A DNA stretch of 64,000 nucleotides from Amphiscolops sp. MND2022. Taxonomy: Eukaryota. The stretch is from positions 66,526,001-66,590,000 of the forward strand of contig OZ076415.1 of assembly GCA_964187785.1 (NCBI GenBank), given 5' to 3'. Every line of letters starts with the position of its first letter. Position 1 is the first letter of the stretch. Shown one piece after another: positions 27,031-40,766 of the stretch. The notes below the pieces were generated by a model. That model worked only from the letters and a program-made list of their open reading frames with translations. It was not told the DNA's origin and searched no databases. Made by a program: the position numbers and the translations under genes.

Positions 27031-27881
27031 TGTTATTCTGTTAAAAGAAACTTTAAAAAACAAGGATTACTTATATGTTAGGAAAAATATATTATGACCA
27101 ACTTCTGAAGATAATCCTGTGTATATTTATCTCAAAATCGAACTATTGCAAAAAAAATTTAGATTCGAAATGGAATCGAAACAAAATCGAAAAGGAATCA
27201 TATTTGTTGCGGACAGTTCATTATAATGACACTGCTGTGTTTTTGAAACGGAAAAGCTGAAATTGATTGTAAGGATTTGGAACAAAAGGCATGGGAAAAA
27301 AGAGAAGTGTATACGAAAAAACTGAAAGATGTGGGAATAACCGAAGGGAACAGGAAAATAAAGACATTTCCCCAGAAGTAGAGTCCAAAGAACCGTTTTC
27401 TGTTCCTTGTAATGGGTTGTTGATTTGAGCTGCTTCTCTCGCTTTGAGAGAATTTTCTGTTGAACGTATGAAATTTCGAGCTTACAAGTTACTTGCAAGA
27501 ATCAGTGATGTATTGAAAGATTCTGGTTTCTCATCGAGCAAGATTTGCATGACACTGGCATCGGCTTGCAAGAAACTTGCGAGAAAAACGGGAGCACGAC
27601 AATTGGTACACACGACATTTCGTACACACGACATTTCGTACAAAGACCATAACCTGACATTTTGTACAAAGGCAAAAACCGACATTTCGTACAAAAACGA
27701 AACCAGACATTTAGTACAAAAATGAAACACGACACTTCCTGCAATTTATATTATACAAATTATTATTATAACGTAGTCAGCTAGTTTCATATACCCCTAG
27801 TGCCCTAAATGCAGGAGCGAAGCGAAGCGGAGCGACGTGCCATTTGGCCATGCCTCAATGTTGCTACTTGGCGAAGGGAGC

Positions 27882-28923
27882 TGTCAGAACGGGTCACGTT
27901 CGAGTTGTTAACGGTGTTAAGTCCGTTACATTCACTAGTAGATGATGCGATCTTCTCGGTTAAGGCCATCACAATGCTCGTTAAGTCGCTAATTTGCCTA
28001 TTCATTTCCATGAAACGTTGGTCGACTGAACTCGAGTTAGGATTTTGTCTACTGTTGATAATATCTTCACTATCAAACTCATTCATCTGGTTTCTCGACA
28101 AGACTTCCGGAAAGCTGTTCTCACTTTCGTTATCACTGTTCTGTTCCATTCTACTGGAACTTGCCGCATAACTGTCTACGTGCTGTGATCTCGTATTAAC
28201 CATGCTCGGTTCTTTAATAAGACTTTTGAGTTTTTAAGTTTATTGTTTAAATTGAAGGAGAAGAATTACAAGTTTGTATGTTAACGATGTAAGCAACACT
28301 ACGTTAGCTGAAGGTAAATTGTACTGAAGGTATTTCAACACTTGTTACTTTCTGCACAATGCTGGTCACGCGTCTATGTCACGTGACTGTTTTGACCAAT
28401 GATATTGCTCTATTGATTAGGTGTTAATTGGTGCGTCCTGCTGGTCGCAACGCAAATGGTCTTTTGCACGAAATATAGCACCAATATGTTGCTATGGTTA
28501 CGTGAGTCATCTATCATCTTGTTAAACCGATAGAACTTTAAGATGATGGCGACCTATCATCATTGCACGTAATTCTTCAGGTTACTGGTAAAGCTAAATA
28601 TGGTGGAAGCACTTGGACACTGAGTATAAATATGATGAATGCACTTGTACGTAGAGTATAATGATTAAATGATGCTAACTTTTGTACGTTAACTACACGT
28701 TGGGAAAAGAATTGATGATGATGGGATAAGCCCGTCATTGTTCAGTAGTAACTCATGGTTATTGAAATATCAGACATATTGCATTTAACTGAGTTGTTTA
28801 ATGTTTAGAATGTTTTTTATCAGTTTCATTGTTGTATTCTTTCTGTATCGACCACTGTCTAAACTTGATGTAGTGAAATTGACAACGTTGTCTCTCGATT
28901 TAGTTCATGCTTCCGGCATGACA
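27882..28923 (-). repeat. 3' LTR of element B
   Basis: Direct repeat of 61466-62507, roughly 17 substitutions by eye (~98%). Confidence 0.96.
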
Positions 28924-28935
28924 CTCCCCCTCTTT
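28924..28935 (-). promoter_or_regulatory. Polypurine tract of element B (AAAGAGGGGGAG)
   Basis: Purine run abutting the 3' LTR. Confidence 0.9.
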
Positions 28936-28939
28936 AAAA

Positions 28940-29724
28940 GAAAGAATGAATTGCAGGGGTATTCGGGGGGCTGGTAGGGGAGTGGTGTGGTCAATGCAAC
29001 AGCGTCGATTATGCTGCAATTGGTATCTGTTTAACGGCGTGAAGAAACAATTCGGCAGACGTGGTGATATCAACTGCATTGGTATTGTTCATTCGGTTCA
29101 GTGCTGTAACGACAGTGCTATTCCTTTCTGTAGTGGCGAGCGAGAAGGAACAATCGTGTTCGTGTACTCGGATATCCGCTTCGGTTGAGAGTAAATAGTC
29201 GAGTGATGTGGTGATGATGGCCACGTCATCCATTCGTGCGCATTGAAGGAAGAGTATTAGTAGGTAATGTAACCGGATATGAAACGTGGCAGCGTAATCA
29301 ATCATTCGGGTGATCAATGTGGTAGTTCGAGTAATCGCGGCTTCGTGCACTAAACAAATTTCTTCTTCGTTGTTGCCAAATACGAGGTTGAAGTCACTGA
29401 CAGTTTAGTTTACTGTTATCGTTAGCGTCGATTGGTTGAATGTGTGTATATTGCGGTCTACCGGGTGGAAACATTGGCATTGAATAAGTCAAGCAATTTC
29501 ATGTAAACTTCTAGTATTAGGGTGTTCAGCTCAATTGTGTGATTTACTATCTGATCGTAATTAATCAGTACTTTGATTGTGAAAACTAATTGGCGTTCAT
29601 GTAAGCGGCTTTTTTCCTCTTGTTTAGGATAATCAAGGCATTGTACAGTAAAATGCAATCTTTTTGAATCGAACTGCGTTGTTCTTTGGAGGTTGCGGTG
29701 TAGTAAATTGGAACTTCGGGTCAC
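28940..29724 (-). pseudogene. Decayed sense-strand accessory ORF of element B (~260 aa, unknown)
   Basis: ORFs 29458-29724 and 29009-29350 linked by a stop-interrupted segment, directly upstream of the PPT. Confidence 0.35.
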
Positions 29725-29907
29725 TTTGTCTGAGTCCCTTTGAGTTTGATATTATCTTCGGAATTAAATAACGTGGTTGATCGAGTCACGTCATCCATCG
29801 GTGAAGATGTTGAGGCCTGGTAGATCGCATTTTGTATTGCCACAGATAGAATTCTTTGTATTTTATCTTACTTTGTCGTGTGTATTATCGTGGAAGTTGT
29901 ATCTTCA

Positions 29908-32900
29908 ATGGAGTCAGCTGAGGAAGATGTATCCACTGTCGTGTTGGCTGCTGAAGGTGTTTTGGTCGATTTTGCAAACTTGAGTCATTCATCTGGAGAG
30001 CAGGGCTTACAGGCGTCAGCTGAGGAGATGCTAGCAGGAGAGCCGGAATCTGTGTGTTGTCAGTTCGCTCAACGTCTAAATGCTGCCAACATTGAAATGC
30101 TACCTCCTTGCTGGAAATTGCGTTGTCTCACGAATTTCATAAGTGATTTCAATTTTATAATTTTCATGTGTTGTATCAGCAACGTGTGTGACTCTTCAAG
30201 GCAATTGATTGTAACATGGTTACTGCGCTGGTTTGAAGGCAGGCCGATGTCGTTAAATTAAGGACTTCCCGGGAACTATTGCCTTGGGTGGACGGTTTGC
30301 CAGTTTGCTCACTACTTGCGTATCGTTATTGAGACTAGTATATTTTCTGTTACAGAAGAGCTGAATTTGGTCGACATTGTTGGCGTATTGCGCTGTATGC
30401 TCCACCCGGATGAGCCGTCATCAGATTCGTCCGCTGTCGGGACGTTTGAAGCCAGTTTGAGGGCTTACCTCGTCTCTCGCAAAGGTAAGTAATCAGTTAT
30501 CGTAAATTACTTGGTGGTTACTGTAATAATCTATTAATTCCACAAGTGACGTCGTGGGGGGTTTTGGCTGTTAGGTTCCATTAGAGACTGAGCAGAGCAT
30601 GCTATTTTGATGTAGCCTCGTCATTTGGGTTGATTTGTTTCAGGTGTCCCGGTCAGTGGTTGTCTGTCCCTGAGTGACCTCAGAGCAGCGCTTTGTCAAC
30701 TGGAGAAAGAATTGGGTCAGATCGTTAAGGCTACTGTGGAGTCAACGTTGGGCCGTCTCGGTACTGTCAGGGCTATCGCTGTTGACGACTTTGTTGTGCG
30801 CCTCAAGACGGCACTACGTGATGTAGTTGGTACAGCGGCCATGCAACCCTCTACTGTCATGGAAGATGTGCCTGTGCTGCCAACGTCCAGCAGTCTTGTT
30901 CCACTAGTGCCTGGGTCAAGTCAGACAGATGTCTCTGTCTCTAGTCGTCAGGGATCCGTGATGCCTTCGCTCTTTGGTGACGTCCAGTCTGGTGATCCTT
31001 CCGGTTTACGAACTGCGTCTGCTGCTAAGCCTGGTAAGAACTCATAAGATCATGTGAGGGGTTTTAGTTTACAAGCTTTCTAAGACTATGCTCATGTACT
31101 AAGATCTTTATGTAACTACTGAAAAAATTTTTTTTTGAGTTTTGCGGTTGTGTTTTAGTTCGAGCACGGAAAGTTAAAACACTGAAACCCTCGTATTTCG
31201 TATCGGGAGTGGTCGGGACGTTTGTGGGGTTCCCGCGGCACAAACGTGTTGTGGACGGGTTCGCTAGATGCTTGCTGTGTCGTGTGGATCTCAGCATTGC
31301 CGGGCGTGGTCCCTTCTCGTTGTGGGACCATTGGAAGGGGGTCGAACATACGAGACTCGAGCAGAAGTACCGTATCATGACCCAGAAGCCATTGCTGGAC
31401 AAATCGTGTCGTGCTGTCAGTGCAGAAGAAGATCGCCGTAAACGTCGTGAATGCATGTCCGAGCCGCCTGTGTACCTGGAGTCAGAGTTAAGTTTGACCG
31501 TGGACGAAAGAATCGCCATAGAGGAAGCCGAGGAAGCTGAGGGGCAACGGCCTCAGTTAGCTGCTGGAAGTGTCAACTATCTGTGGTTGAGCAACTTTAT
31601 CAACAGTTTCGTGAACGTGGTTTCCTTCGGTGCTGTTTTGCGGCTAGTGGACTCAGGGCGGGACTTTATGGCTGCTGAATTGCGTTTTGAGTGCAGGACT
31701 TTGACTTACCCACAATGTCAGGTATGTATTTTGTTCAGTGCGGTATTTTTTGTTTTCAATATTTTGTTAGTTATTTGCGTTTTCATCTCAAGCTACCATG
31801 TAGTAGTTGTTACTACGTACTTTTCGGTTTTTGTGTTTTCTCTTTTTATTTTGTTTTTGTTTTTGCCTCATGATGTTTGCGTGTGGTTGTACTGGGTACA
31901 TTTTTGTTTTGCAGAGCTTGGTGTTGTATGGACTATACCCGTACGTTGTGGAACAGCTGGACTCGCTCATGGAGACCAGTACATGTATCGGAGTCAGTGT
32001 GTTTCGCTGTGGTTCTCGATGGCGCTGTGAAAGTCCCATCGTCAGTGAGCATAGTGTTGCGTCAGTTGTCATCGCTCTAGTCGTTGACAGTGCAGGATGG
32101 GAGAAGCAACTGCTCAGGAATGTCGTTCCCATTCTCGCATGTTTGAAAGGCAGGGATCAGTTGAGCACTGTGGTTGTGGAAGGGGACCCCTTGGTTGGCA
32201 AGGCATTGGCCGCTACAATTGCTCCGAAAACTCCCTTCGTGACTGGAATGGTTACTCAGACGACTGTGTTCGAAGAAATTCGCAGGCAGTTTCTAATCGA
32301 GTTCTCTGGTCTGGATTCGCTGAGTATACTGGAGTATTTTCGCATTCGCCTGATGTCCGTTGTCCAAGAACACTTCTTAGATCGATTGCCGCATTTACGA
32401 GAAGTAAGTATTTACTGTGTATAGGGAAGGCTTTTGTTTGTAACTCACTCCTTCTTATGTGATGGTCTTTTCTTTGAGATTGTGCTCTATACTCTTGTCC
32501 TATGCTTTTGTTATGTGACAGGAGATGTGCTAGTAATATGTCTTGTTTTGCAGTATGTACGCTATGGAGGAAGTGACGTCGCTCAGTTGGCAAAGGTGTG
32601 CACTGAAATAGTTGAATACTGGAACGATCTAGCCTTTTATTTCGGGACGCATCGACCGAATGTGACTTCGGAGTTGCTGGTGACTACGCCTTTGGAGAAG
32701 CAGGTCTTTGACGATGCGATGGTTCGGCCGCGGTTTGCTGTACTTTGCGTGGTGTTGGATCTGAGTTAGTATAGACTATTCATATCCTACTGAGTCGTAT
32801 TTGTTTTTTTTTTGTTTTTCTTTGAAATTGGGGCTGATAGCTTCGTAACTAGAACTGGTGTTTGACGTTTTGGTTAGTTGGATTGTTCTTTTATAACGGT

Positions 32901-34271
32901 GATTGATGTCGTTTTGTTTTAGTGGTGAAGTACTGTACTCGACTTTTGGCAAGGACGGGACCGTCAATTAGTCGTGGAGCGTGAACTTGCGCATTTTATT
33001 CGTGGGTTGATGCAGTTTGTTTACCCGTCGTCTGTTATTCCGGCTGCCTACGACGTGACCGCTTTGTTAAAGCCAGTGGATCTCGAATGTGCTGATGTGG
33101 ATGCGGATCTTTACTGTTTACATTTTCGGGCAGTACTTTCACTTTGATATCAGTACCCAACTGCCTTATTTCTATAAATCAGTTCAAAAGTTGTTGGTTG
33201 GGCTGTGTACCGGATTGACGCGTATGTGGCAACGAGTGTGGGCTGAGTACTTTAGTCTTACTCCTTTTGACCCTGATCTGTTACACAGTGGTCCCGACGA
33301 CCGGCGCACCGACGCGCTTGTAGAAACCTGTGCTGTTCTGACCGATCGCGGCTTACTTGACTTGGATTACGGAGGAGCAGTGCATCAGGAGTATATGGAA
33401 GTAACGCAATACTTCAAGAGGCGCTGGTCGGCTTTGCAAGAAGGGGTGCCTGTTGTGGATGATGTAATTGCTATGTGGATGTCGTACCCGCATTGGGATC
33501 GAAAACAGCATTTACGGCGCGTAGTGGATGTAGTATTCGGAATCGTTGTGGTGAGTCCTTACGTTGCCGATTTCGTGGACGATTCTCAGACAGCTCTGGA
33601 TTCAGATACTTTGGTATCTAGTTTGCACTTCGTGAGGAGCTGGTTCCGTTATTCATTTGCGGGACGGACGCGACGGAATCTCCAAGGGTTGCTGCGCGTT
33701 ACCGACTCAAGTGACATGTTGGAATCGCGTTTATCAGATGTGGTCCGAGCAAAACCTTGGGACCAGTTGCTCAAAGTTGGTTTGGATACAACATTGGCTA
33801 GCTGTGAATCTGTTTTGACTAACGATCAGAACTCAACTGTTGTTCCTGCGGTGGATGATTATCGTTAAAACGTGTTAGCACAGCTCAGTGCGTTAGATAG
33901 AGAACCTGCCAGTCCTTCTAGTGGTCCCTCAAGCTCGAAAGGAAAACGTTCTGCTGAGACATCCAAAGCTAAAATCGCCCGTAAGCAGTCGGCGGTGAAG
34001 CTACAGACTCCTGTGAGTGCACCTGTGCGTCGTTCTGGTGCTAAGAAAGATTCGTCGAGGGGTCAAGGCTCTTCGATTCGAATTGGTGTCGGACGAAGGA
34101 CCGGAGGAAAACCGCGTGGTTCAAAAACTTTGATCCTGTCTACCTTGTTCTAGCGGTTCTGTGTCGCACGACGTAAAGCAGTCTGTTGGTAAAGGAAAGA
34201 GTGTGACTGATAAGAAAAAGGCTCGACGAGCTGTTCTCGAGTCTTCAGATGGTGTTTCGGATGAGTATTAA
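29908..34271 (+). pseudogene. Spliced antisense gene inside element B (~1,120 aa; C2H2/BED-like zinc finger, K/S/R-rich C-terminus); last exon damaged
   Basis: Exons 29908-30142 (tentative), 30356-30484, 30644-31033, 31159-31721, 31915-32403, 32554-32764, 32923-34271 with GT-AG introns of 125-213 nt. Frame is preserved across the first five junctions. Motif RCLLCRVDLSIAGRGPFSLWDHWKGVEH. Frameshifts near 32930, 33130 and 34140; TAA at 33866-33868. Confidence 0.8.
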
Positions 34272-35829
34272 TCTTGAAAGAATTTGTCAGTGAGCTTGTT
34301 TTTTGCGATTTTTTGTGAACTGTTTGTTTTATTTCGGTTGACCGCCTTATTTGATAATGGTTTTTTGTTTACATGAGTGTATTATTTTCCGTGTTTGGAT
34401 TGCAGAACAATTTACATGTTGATTACGTTAAAATACTTTTTACTACAAGTTGCATGTAGTTCGTTTAGCTGCATTTAATTTACGTTGTTTGGCGACATAG
34501 AAAGCTTGGTTCTTTCATGAATTTTAAATTACATGTAGTTGTGGTTAGGTATTTGTAGTGAGACTTCATCTTCGCTGATGTGTGTCTTTTGTATTGTCCA
34601 GCAATGGGAAATGGGTTTCCCCATCTCCAATGGCGTTTGGTGTGTCTAGACTGTGTTCTTTCTGACGCGAGGCGAAGACTATGAATCATCAGTAAGAACA
34701 AAGGCGTCACGACTTAATTGTCAGGTAAAGAAGACGACTGCATGTAACTGTCCTTGAGGAAGAGTTTTTTCTTTTCCTTTTCTTGTTTTTCTCTAGTTCA
34801 TTGGGAAGGTTGTTTGCCGTCTCAAAAACCCATACAAAACTAACACCGATTCCACTTGCTAAAGAGCAAGCTTCATCTGAATGTTTGACCAACCACACAG
34901 ACGCGCTTTTGATGACGCACCCACACAGCCGAACCACATCATGGATATTCGGGGCGGAATTGTGAAACTAGGTTCTGGAGACGTAACTTAAACGAATCGG
35001 CTAATTCTTTTACATTCTCGTTTGTGGGCTGTTATGTTTGCAAAAGGGACGTAATTTAGTTGCTTCAGTGTTGGTGGTTACGGAATTGCAAAGCAATTCC
35101 TTTGAAGGCGTGTGGTTGGAGATTTTCGTGAATTGCATAAATTAGTGGTTCACTTGCACGTGTTTTACATGTACTTAAAAATTTCCGGTTAGGTTGATGT
35201 GGTGCATATGACTGCATTACATGTATTTACTTTCGCGCTCAGCTGTCTCGGTAGAGAGTAACAATTTACTCTGCCGGTAAACTCGGGTCTGCAGGACAGT
35301 GAGTATCAGTCGTCACTGAATGGTGTAAAGTAAATTGAGTAATTCGATGGCATGGTTGTTATATGTGATGAATTAGACTACATTCAGTTAAATGCATGTA
35401 TTTTTTATTTATGGTAAGAATGAGGTGGTATGCGTGGCAGCGTTAGGTGTTTCTTTTCGTTCATTCCGCTAGTGGAGTAGAGTGGAACTTTAAATAACAC
35501 ATAGCGACGCGGTGTGTGGAACTGCGTTACGGACGTCTCGTCTGTCGTTCGTTAGCCGGTTAAGGGCGGAAATATGCTTTGACCAGTAATTTTGAAAATT
35601 GATGACAGTGAGTGCCAGGCGTTATTTGTGGTATCATTCAGTATCGTTTTTCTTCGTGGCTACTTGACTTAATTTGCATGTATGTGTTACGAGACTCTTT
35701 TTTTTGTGGGGAGAGTGTAGAACACTCCCATTTAAATGTTGCATGTGGTAGTACTTCTCGTGCTGACACGAGGCGAAGCCTACAAGTTGTCAGCAAAAGG
35801 AAAAAACGGATGTTATGTTTGCATGAGTT

Positions 35830-38800
35830 TTAGTTGGCGGTTCTGTCTTGCATGAGTTTTAGCAAGGCGGGTTTGACTCGGAGTTCGTGGACTAAGAAGT
35901 CTTGGTAGGTTTTCGGTTGCAGCTCGGTTCGGAGGCTGTACCGTGTTGCGTTGCTACGCGACGTTGTGTGGTTGTGCTCATTGTGAATTGTCGTGGTATT
36001 TTCATTAACAGATTCGTTTGCTTCAGTAGCTGATTCGTTGTTGGTGTCGTGATGAACGACTGAATTGTCACGAGGTTGCTCACAAGTTTCAGGTGGGCTT
36101 TCAGGAATTGGTTGCAGCAGCGTTTGGTCATCCGATTTCCGTACAAGGTCATAATAGATGACGCCATGTTCATTGTCGATTTCTTCTTGATCGATTGTTC
36201 CCGGTGCTGGTTCTACGTACAAATGTTTGGGCATGTAGTCATGGAAGAGCGCTTGATCATCGGCCGCATCGGGGTCAGCGAACAAGCGATTTGAGTCTTC
36301 TTCAATGTCCGGTATGGGTGCGTTTGGTGTGAAACGACGTAATCTCATCCTATGCACGCACTGTGTTCGGAAAGTGCCGACTTTCCTGATTATGTAGTTA
36401 AAGTTTGTCAGAACCTTAATTACTTTGAAAGGACCTTCCCATTTGAAGTCATTGAAGCCAATTTTGTCGGACTGTGTTGTGAGTTTGGGATTAAGCAGGA
36501 ATGTGTAGTCGTTGACCTTTAACGGTAATGCTTGGGCTCTACGGTCGTAGTACTATTTGTACTTGTGGTATGCCTGCAGTATGTTGTCGTTGACTTGTTG
36601 GTACTTTTCGTTCATCTGGTCAACTAATCTCGTTATATCAGTTTCCGTGGTTTCACATTTCAGAGGGTTGCCGAATTTGAGGTCTAGTGCGTTAAACGGA
36701 ACTCTGCCGTGGAAGACTTCGTTTGGAGTGCTCTTGAGTGATTGATGGTAGGTTGTGTTATGAGCCATTACCGCGAGGTTAACGTACCTGTCCCATTGGG
36801 GGGAGTCGACCGAAATGTTAATCTTCAGAATCTGTTTCGGTTTTTGATGGGAACGCTCCACCATCCCTATGGTTTGGGCATGTTTTACAGTAGCGTGATC
36901 GATTTCGATTCCGGCAGTTTTCATTATTTCGGTGATGATGTTGGATGTGAAAGCCGTGCTTTTGTCAGTGATAAATGTCTTTGGGACGTAGGCGTGTTGG
37001 GTGAATATTTGCATGAGTGCTTTCACCACCGATTTAGTGTCTGGTTTTCGGATCGGTACGGCAAACAAACACCGGGAGAAGTAGTCGCACGCCGTCAGGA
37101 TGTGCGTGTATCCGTTTGAGTTAGGTAGTTCGCCTACCAAATCGGTTTCCAGTACGTCTTCCGGACCGTTGCAGGGGTCGTAGATTTTTTCCAGGGGAGG
37201 CGTTAGTCGTTTCAGATTAACAGGTTTTACTTTGATGCACTCGATACAGTTACTTACGTACTTTGACACGTGTTCGCTCACGCTTGGTATGTAATAACGT
37301 TTGCGGAGTTCTACCAACGTTTTTGATGCTCCAGGGTGTCCCTGCATGGGGTCGCCATGCATTGTCCTGTTTATGGGCATAGTAGTTTCTGGAGGTAGAA
37401 TTCCGCCGGTGTTATCAAAGAAGTTCCTATACAACACTTTGTTGACCACTTCAAGTCTTTTTTTGTTTTTTACCAGTTTTTGAAAAAAGGAACTAGTAAA
37501 GTTAACGTGGTTTGGTAGTGGTTCGTTGTTCGTTAAAATGCGAACCATTTTTTGGACGTCTCGGTTACTTAACTGATCTTGGACGAATTGTGAATCCCCT
37601 TGCGGGCATACTTGATTTACTGAGTTGCGGTTGTGACGTCTGGTAAACCTCGTCAGTATGATGGAAGGGGTTTCTCCTGCCAGAACGGGTTCAAGGTGTC
37701 GGCTGATGATCTGAATTATCTTGAGACGTTCGTCGTCATGTGTCTGATGGTTGTTCGCCATTGAGTTTAGCAGAGTTCGCATCTTTGTGAAATCGTCTGC
37801 TGGACCGGTGGTTTCAGGCTGATGTGTAGTGGGTGTCGCTACATCGGGTTGCTGTTGGTCCGGGTCGTAGTCTTCTTCGTCCTCGTCCTGTTTTGGGGTT
37901 TTGGCCGCAAAATCTATCTCGATGTGGTGGACTGGGATCTGGTCATTCAATTTCAAGTGAATTCTATCTTCAGGATTAATGTCGAGTCGGGACAAGTAAT
38001 CTGCAGCTGGGTTCTCGACTCCAGGGACGTGGGCGAGAACAAAGTCAAATTGAAGTACTTGGTCGCAATGGTTCCACAGTTTGGGTGGTATTCGTTTCGA
38101 CTGGAAAAAGCGGGTCAGAGCTTTGTTGTCCGTCATCACAGTTGTGGTTTTTTTGACTACCCACAGTATGTGAGCAAATTCGTCGAAGGCGAAGTGCATT
38201 GCGAGGAATTCTTTAGCATACATGGTCAATGACATTTGACCTTCAGTGAATCGTTGCGAGCCGAATGCAACAGGGGCGTACGTCTTCTTCTGTCCATCAT
38301 TGGCTTCGATGTAGTCTTCAATGAGGATCACGTACCCTGCTGCGTGTTCGCTCGCATCACACAAGATGACCAGTTGCTTGTCTGGTAGTGGTAGTCGAAG
38401 AGATAGTTTTGCAGCCCGCGCCAGGTTCTGATTAATGTCAAAAATTGCGTCCTTGTGAACCTGCGTCAGGGTGAATTTGACGTCTTTCTGTAGTAATTTG
38501 TACAGAGGTACGAGCTTTTCTGCCAACATCGGTATGTACTGTCTGTAGAATTGTACAAATCCGATGTAGCGTTGTAGTGATTTGACTGACGTTGGTGTTT
38601 TCAGGTTGTTGAGGAATTTGTTGATCTTGTCCTCAAGTGGTGCGATCCCTTTGGTAGTGATGCTTCTACCCAAGAACTCGATCTTTGGGTGGCCAAAGGC
38701 GCATTTGGACATCGACAGCTTTAGTCCTGCCTTCTGTATCTGCTGGAAAACTGCTTCGATGTTGATTATCAGTTCATCCACATTGTTGGCAGCGATCCCA

Positions 38801-39921
38801 ATGTCGTCGACATATTGGGCACATTTGTCTGCTTTTACTAGTGCATCCAGATACTCGCGAATTTTGCTGTTGAACGCAGACAAAGACCTATTCAACCCTT
38901 GCGCAAGTCGGAGGTAAGCAAAGGTTCTGCTGCCAAAATTGAATGCCAGAAGTTGTATTGACTGTTCGTCGGCCATTTGAAGGCAGTGGTAAGCTTGCGA
39001 ACAGTCAAGCTTGCAAAAGTACTTCTTGCCAGCCATATGCTGTGCTGCATCGGCAATCGTCGTTACTGGATGGTTGTGTTTGTTGTAGTCGTTTTTGAGG
39101 AGGTGGTTAATCCGCCTCAAGTCGACTAAAATCCGAAGTTTCCCGTTGGTTTTTCGTTGTGCAAATATTGGGCAGGAATATTTGCTGTATGGTAACGTTG
39201 TGATGATCCCGTACTCCTGCATCAGTGCGAATTCAACCAGCAGGTCATCTTTCAGATTGGTTGGAGTAGGTAGACTCTGTGCGTGCACAGGATCATCGTG
39301 TTTGGGTGTCAGCTTGATTTTGAAATCGGTGTTGATGCCGATATCAAGACGATGTCTAGCAAATATCGTGTGGTATTTGACGAGCAGTTCTTCGATTCTC
39401 TGTTGCTCGTGCTCAGTGAGGATGGAGTCGTCCCAGCTGAAATTTTTGAGGAACACCTGGTGTTGTTCGTCATCGCATGTCGGGTTGAGTTTCTCAGTTT
39501 TTCGGAGTTTGATGAGTTCGTCGTAGATGCGTCTTTCTATTTTATTTAGCTTGTCAGGATCGTCACATGTTTCGGGCGTCGGGTACCATCGTTTATCATT
39601 TGTGGCACTGGGATCCTGGAACAATTGGTTGATCACGTTGGCTGCTTCATCAGGGAATTTAGTGATCAACGTCAGCTGCTCGTTAGTCCTTGGCTGGATG
39701 TTTCTGGCTTGGTTTGGCGTAAGTATTCGGAAGACTGCGATTGTGCTGTTCTGGGGTATTGTAACTGCGTGGTCCATGTGGTTGGTGATTTGGACGTGGG
39801 TCTGTTGGTCCTTGATTTCGGACATTGATGGAGACACTAGCAATTCGGTTTTTCGTTCAAAGGCTGGGAATGCCTCTATTGTGCCTGTGATTCCAATGTT
39901 CTTTTCCGTTGTAGCAAGCAC
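35830..39921 (-). CDS. pol: Element B pol: RT, RNase H, integrase, GPY/F tail (in-frame stop at 36553)
   Basis: YSCPIFAQRK..ILVDLRRIN, QYVDD, LCDASEH..NPAADYLSR, HGDPMQGH..CIEC, TDLVG..TDKS..VERSH, WEGPFKV. Confidence 0.95.
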
Positions 39922-40766
39922 GAAGATTTGTTGTCCGGGCGAGATGGTTGTTTTTGGGTTGTTCTGAGTTCCAACATCTGCAGTTTGAATTTCCCATTTG
40001 GCGGTTTTAGTTGGAGGGTTGATTCTGGGAATCGCACAATGTTATTTGCAAGGTCCAGCGTAACAGAGTATTTTTTAAAGAAGGACATTCCGATGAGGAT
40101 GTTTCCCATTGTTGGTAAGATCATGAATGTCTCTTCGAATATTTTTCATCCAATGAAAAAGCGAAGAAGCACCTGCTTTCTCACCGGAACGATGTTTCCG
40201 TTGGCTATTTGGACTTTGAAGTCCGGTGCTGGATATTCATCTAACTAGGCTGCTGGGTGGGCTTGTAGGATTCAACGTAGTTCGTTCTCAGACATCGCGC
40301 TCTGGATTGCTCCAGTGTCCAGTAGCCCTTGATTTTCGTATTCCCGGAATTGAAGAGGAACGTAGAGCATCTTGTTTCTTCTGTCTAGCTGAAGTGTAGC
40401 ACTTAATGGTCTAATGTTTGTTGGCTTCGGTGGGTGCCCCTGTTTGGTATCGTCATTCAGTTCATTCGTCTTTTGTTGTGGGTTTCTGGTTCTGGCCGGG
40501 TTGACACTCTCTCGTTGTTGTGGTCTAGCTGCGTTCTCTTTCGGAATGCAGTCCTTCGTTGTACAATTAGGGTTGTCGTTTATGAGAGGAAGTATATGGT
40601 AGTTGTTTGTCGAGACTTTGTGTACATAGTATTTCGTCAATGGTTTAGTCTGTTTGTCACGACGCTGCCAACATCCTGTCGTTGTAGTTTTCGAGTAGTA
40701 GTGAGTTTGAGTTGGTTTTTTGGTGCGCGCACTTTCTGTTGGGTTGGACTGAGGATGACGTGGCAT
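39876..40766 (-). pseudogene. pol: Element B protease region (frameshifted)
   Basis: GLLDTGAIQSAM in ORF 40272-40766; ILIGMSFF in ORF 39876-40124. Confidence 0.85.
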
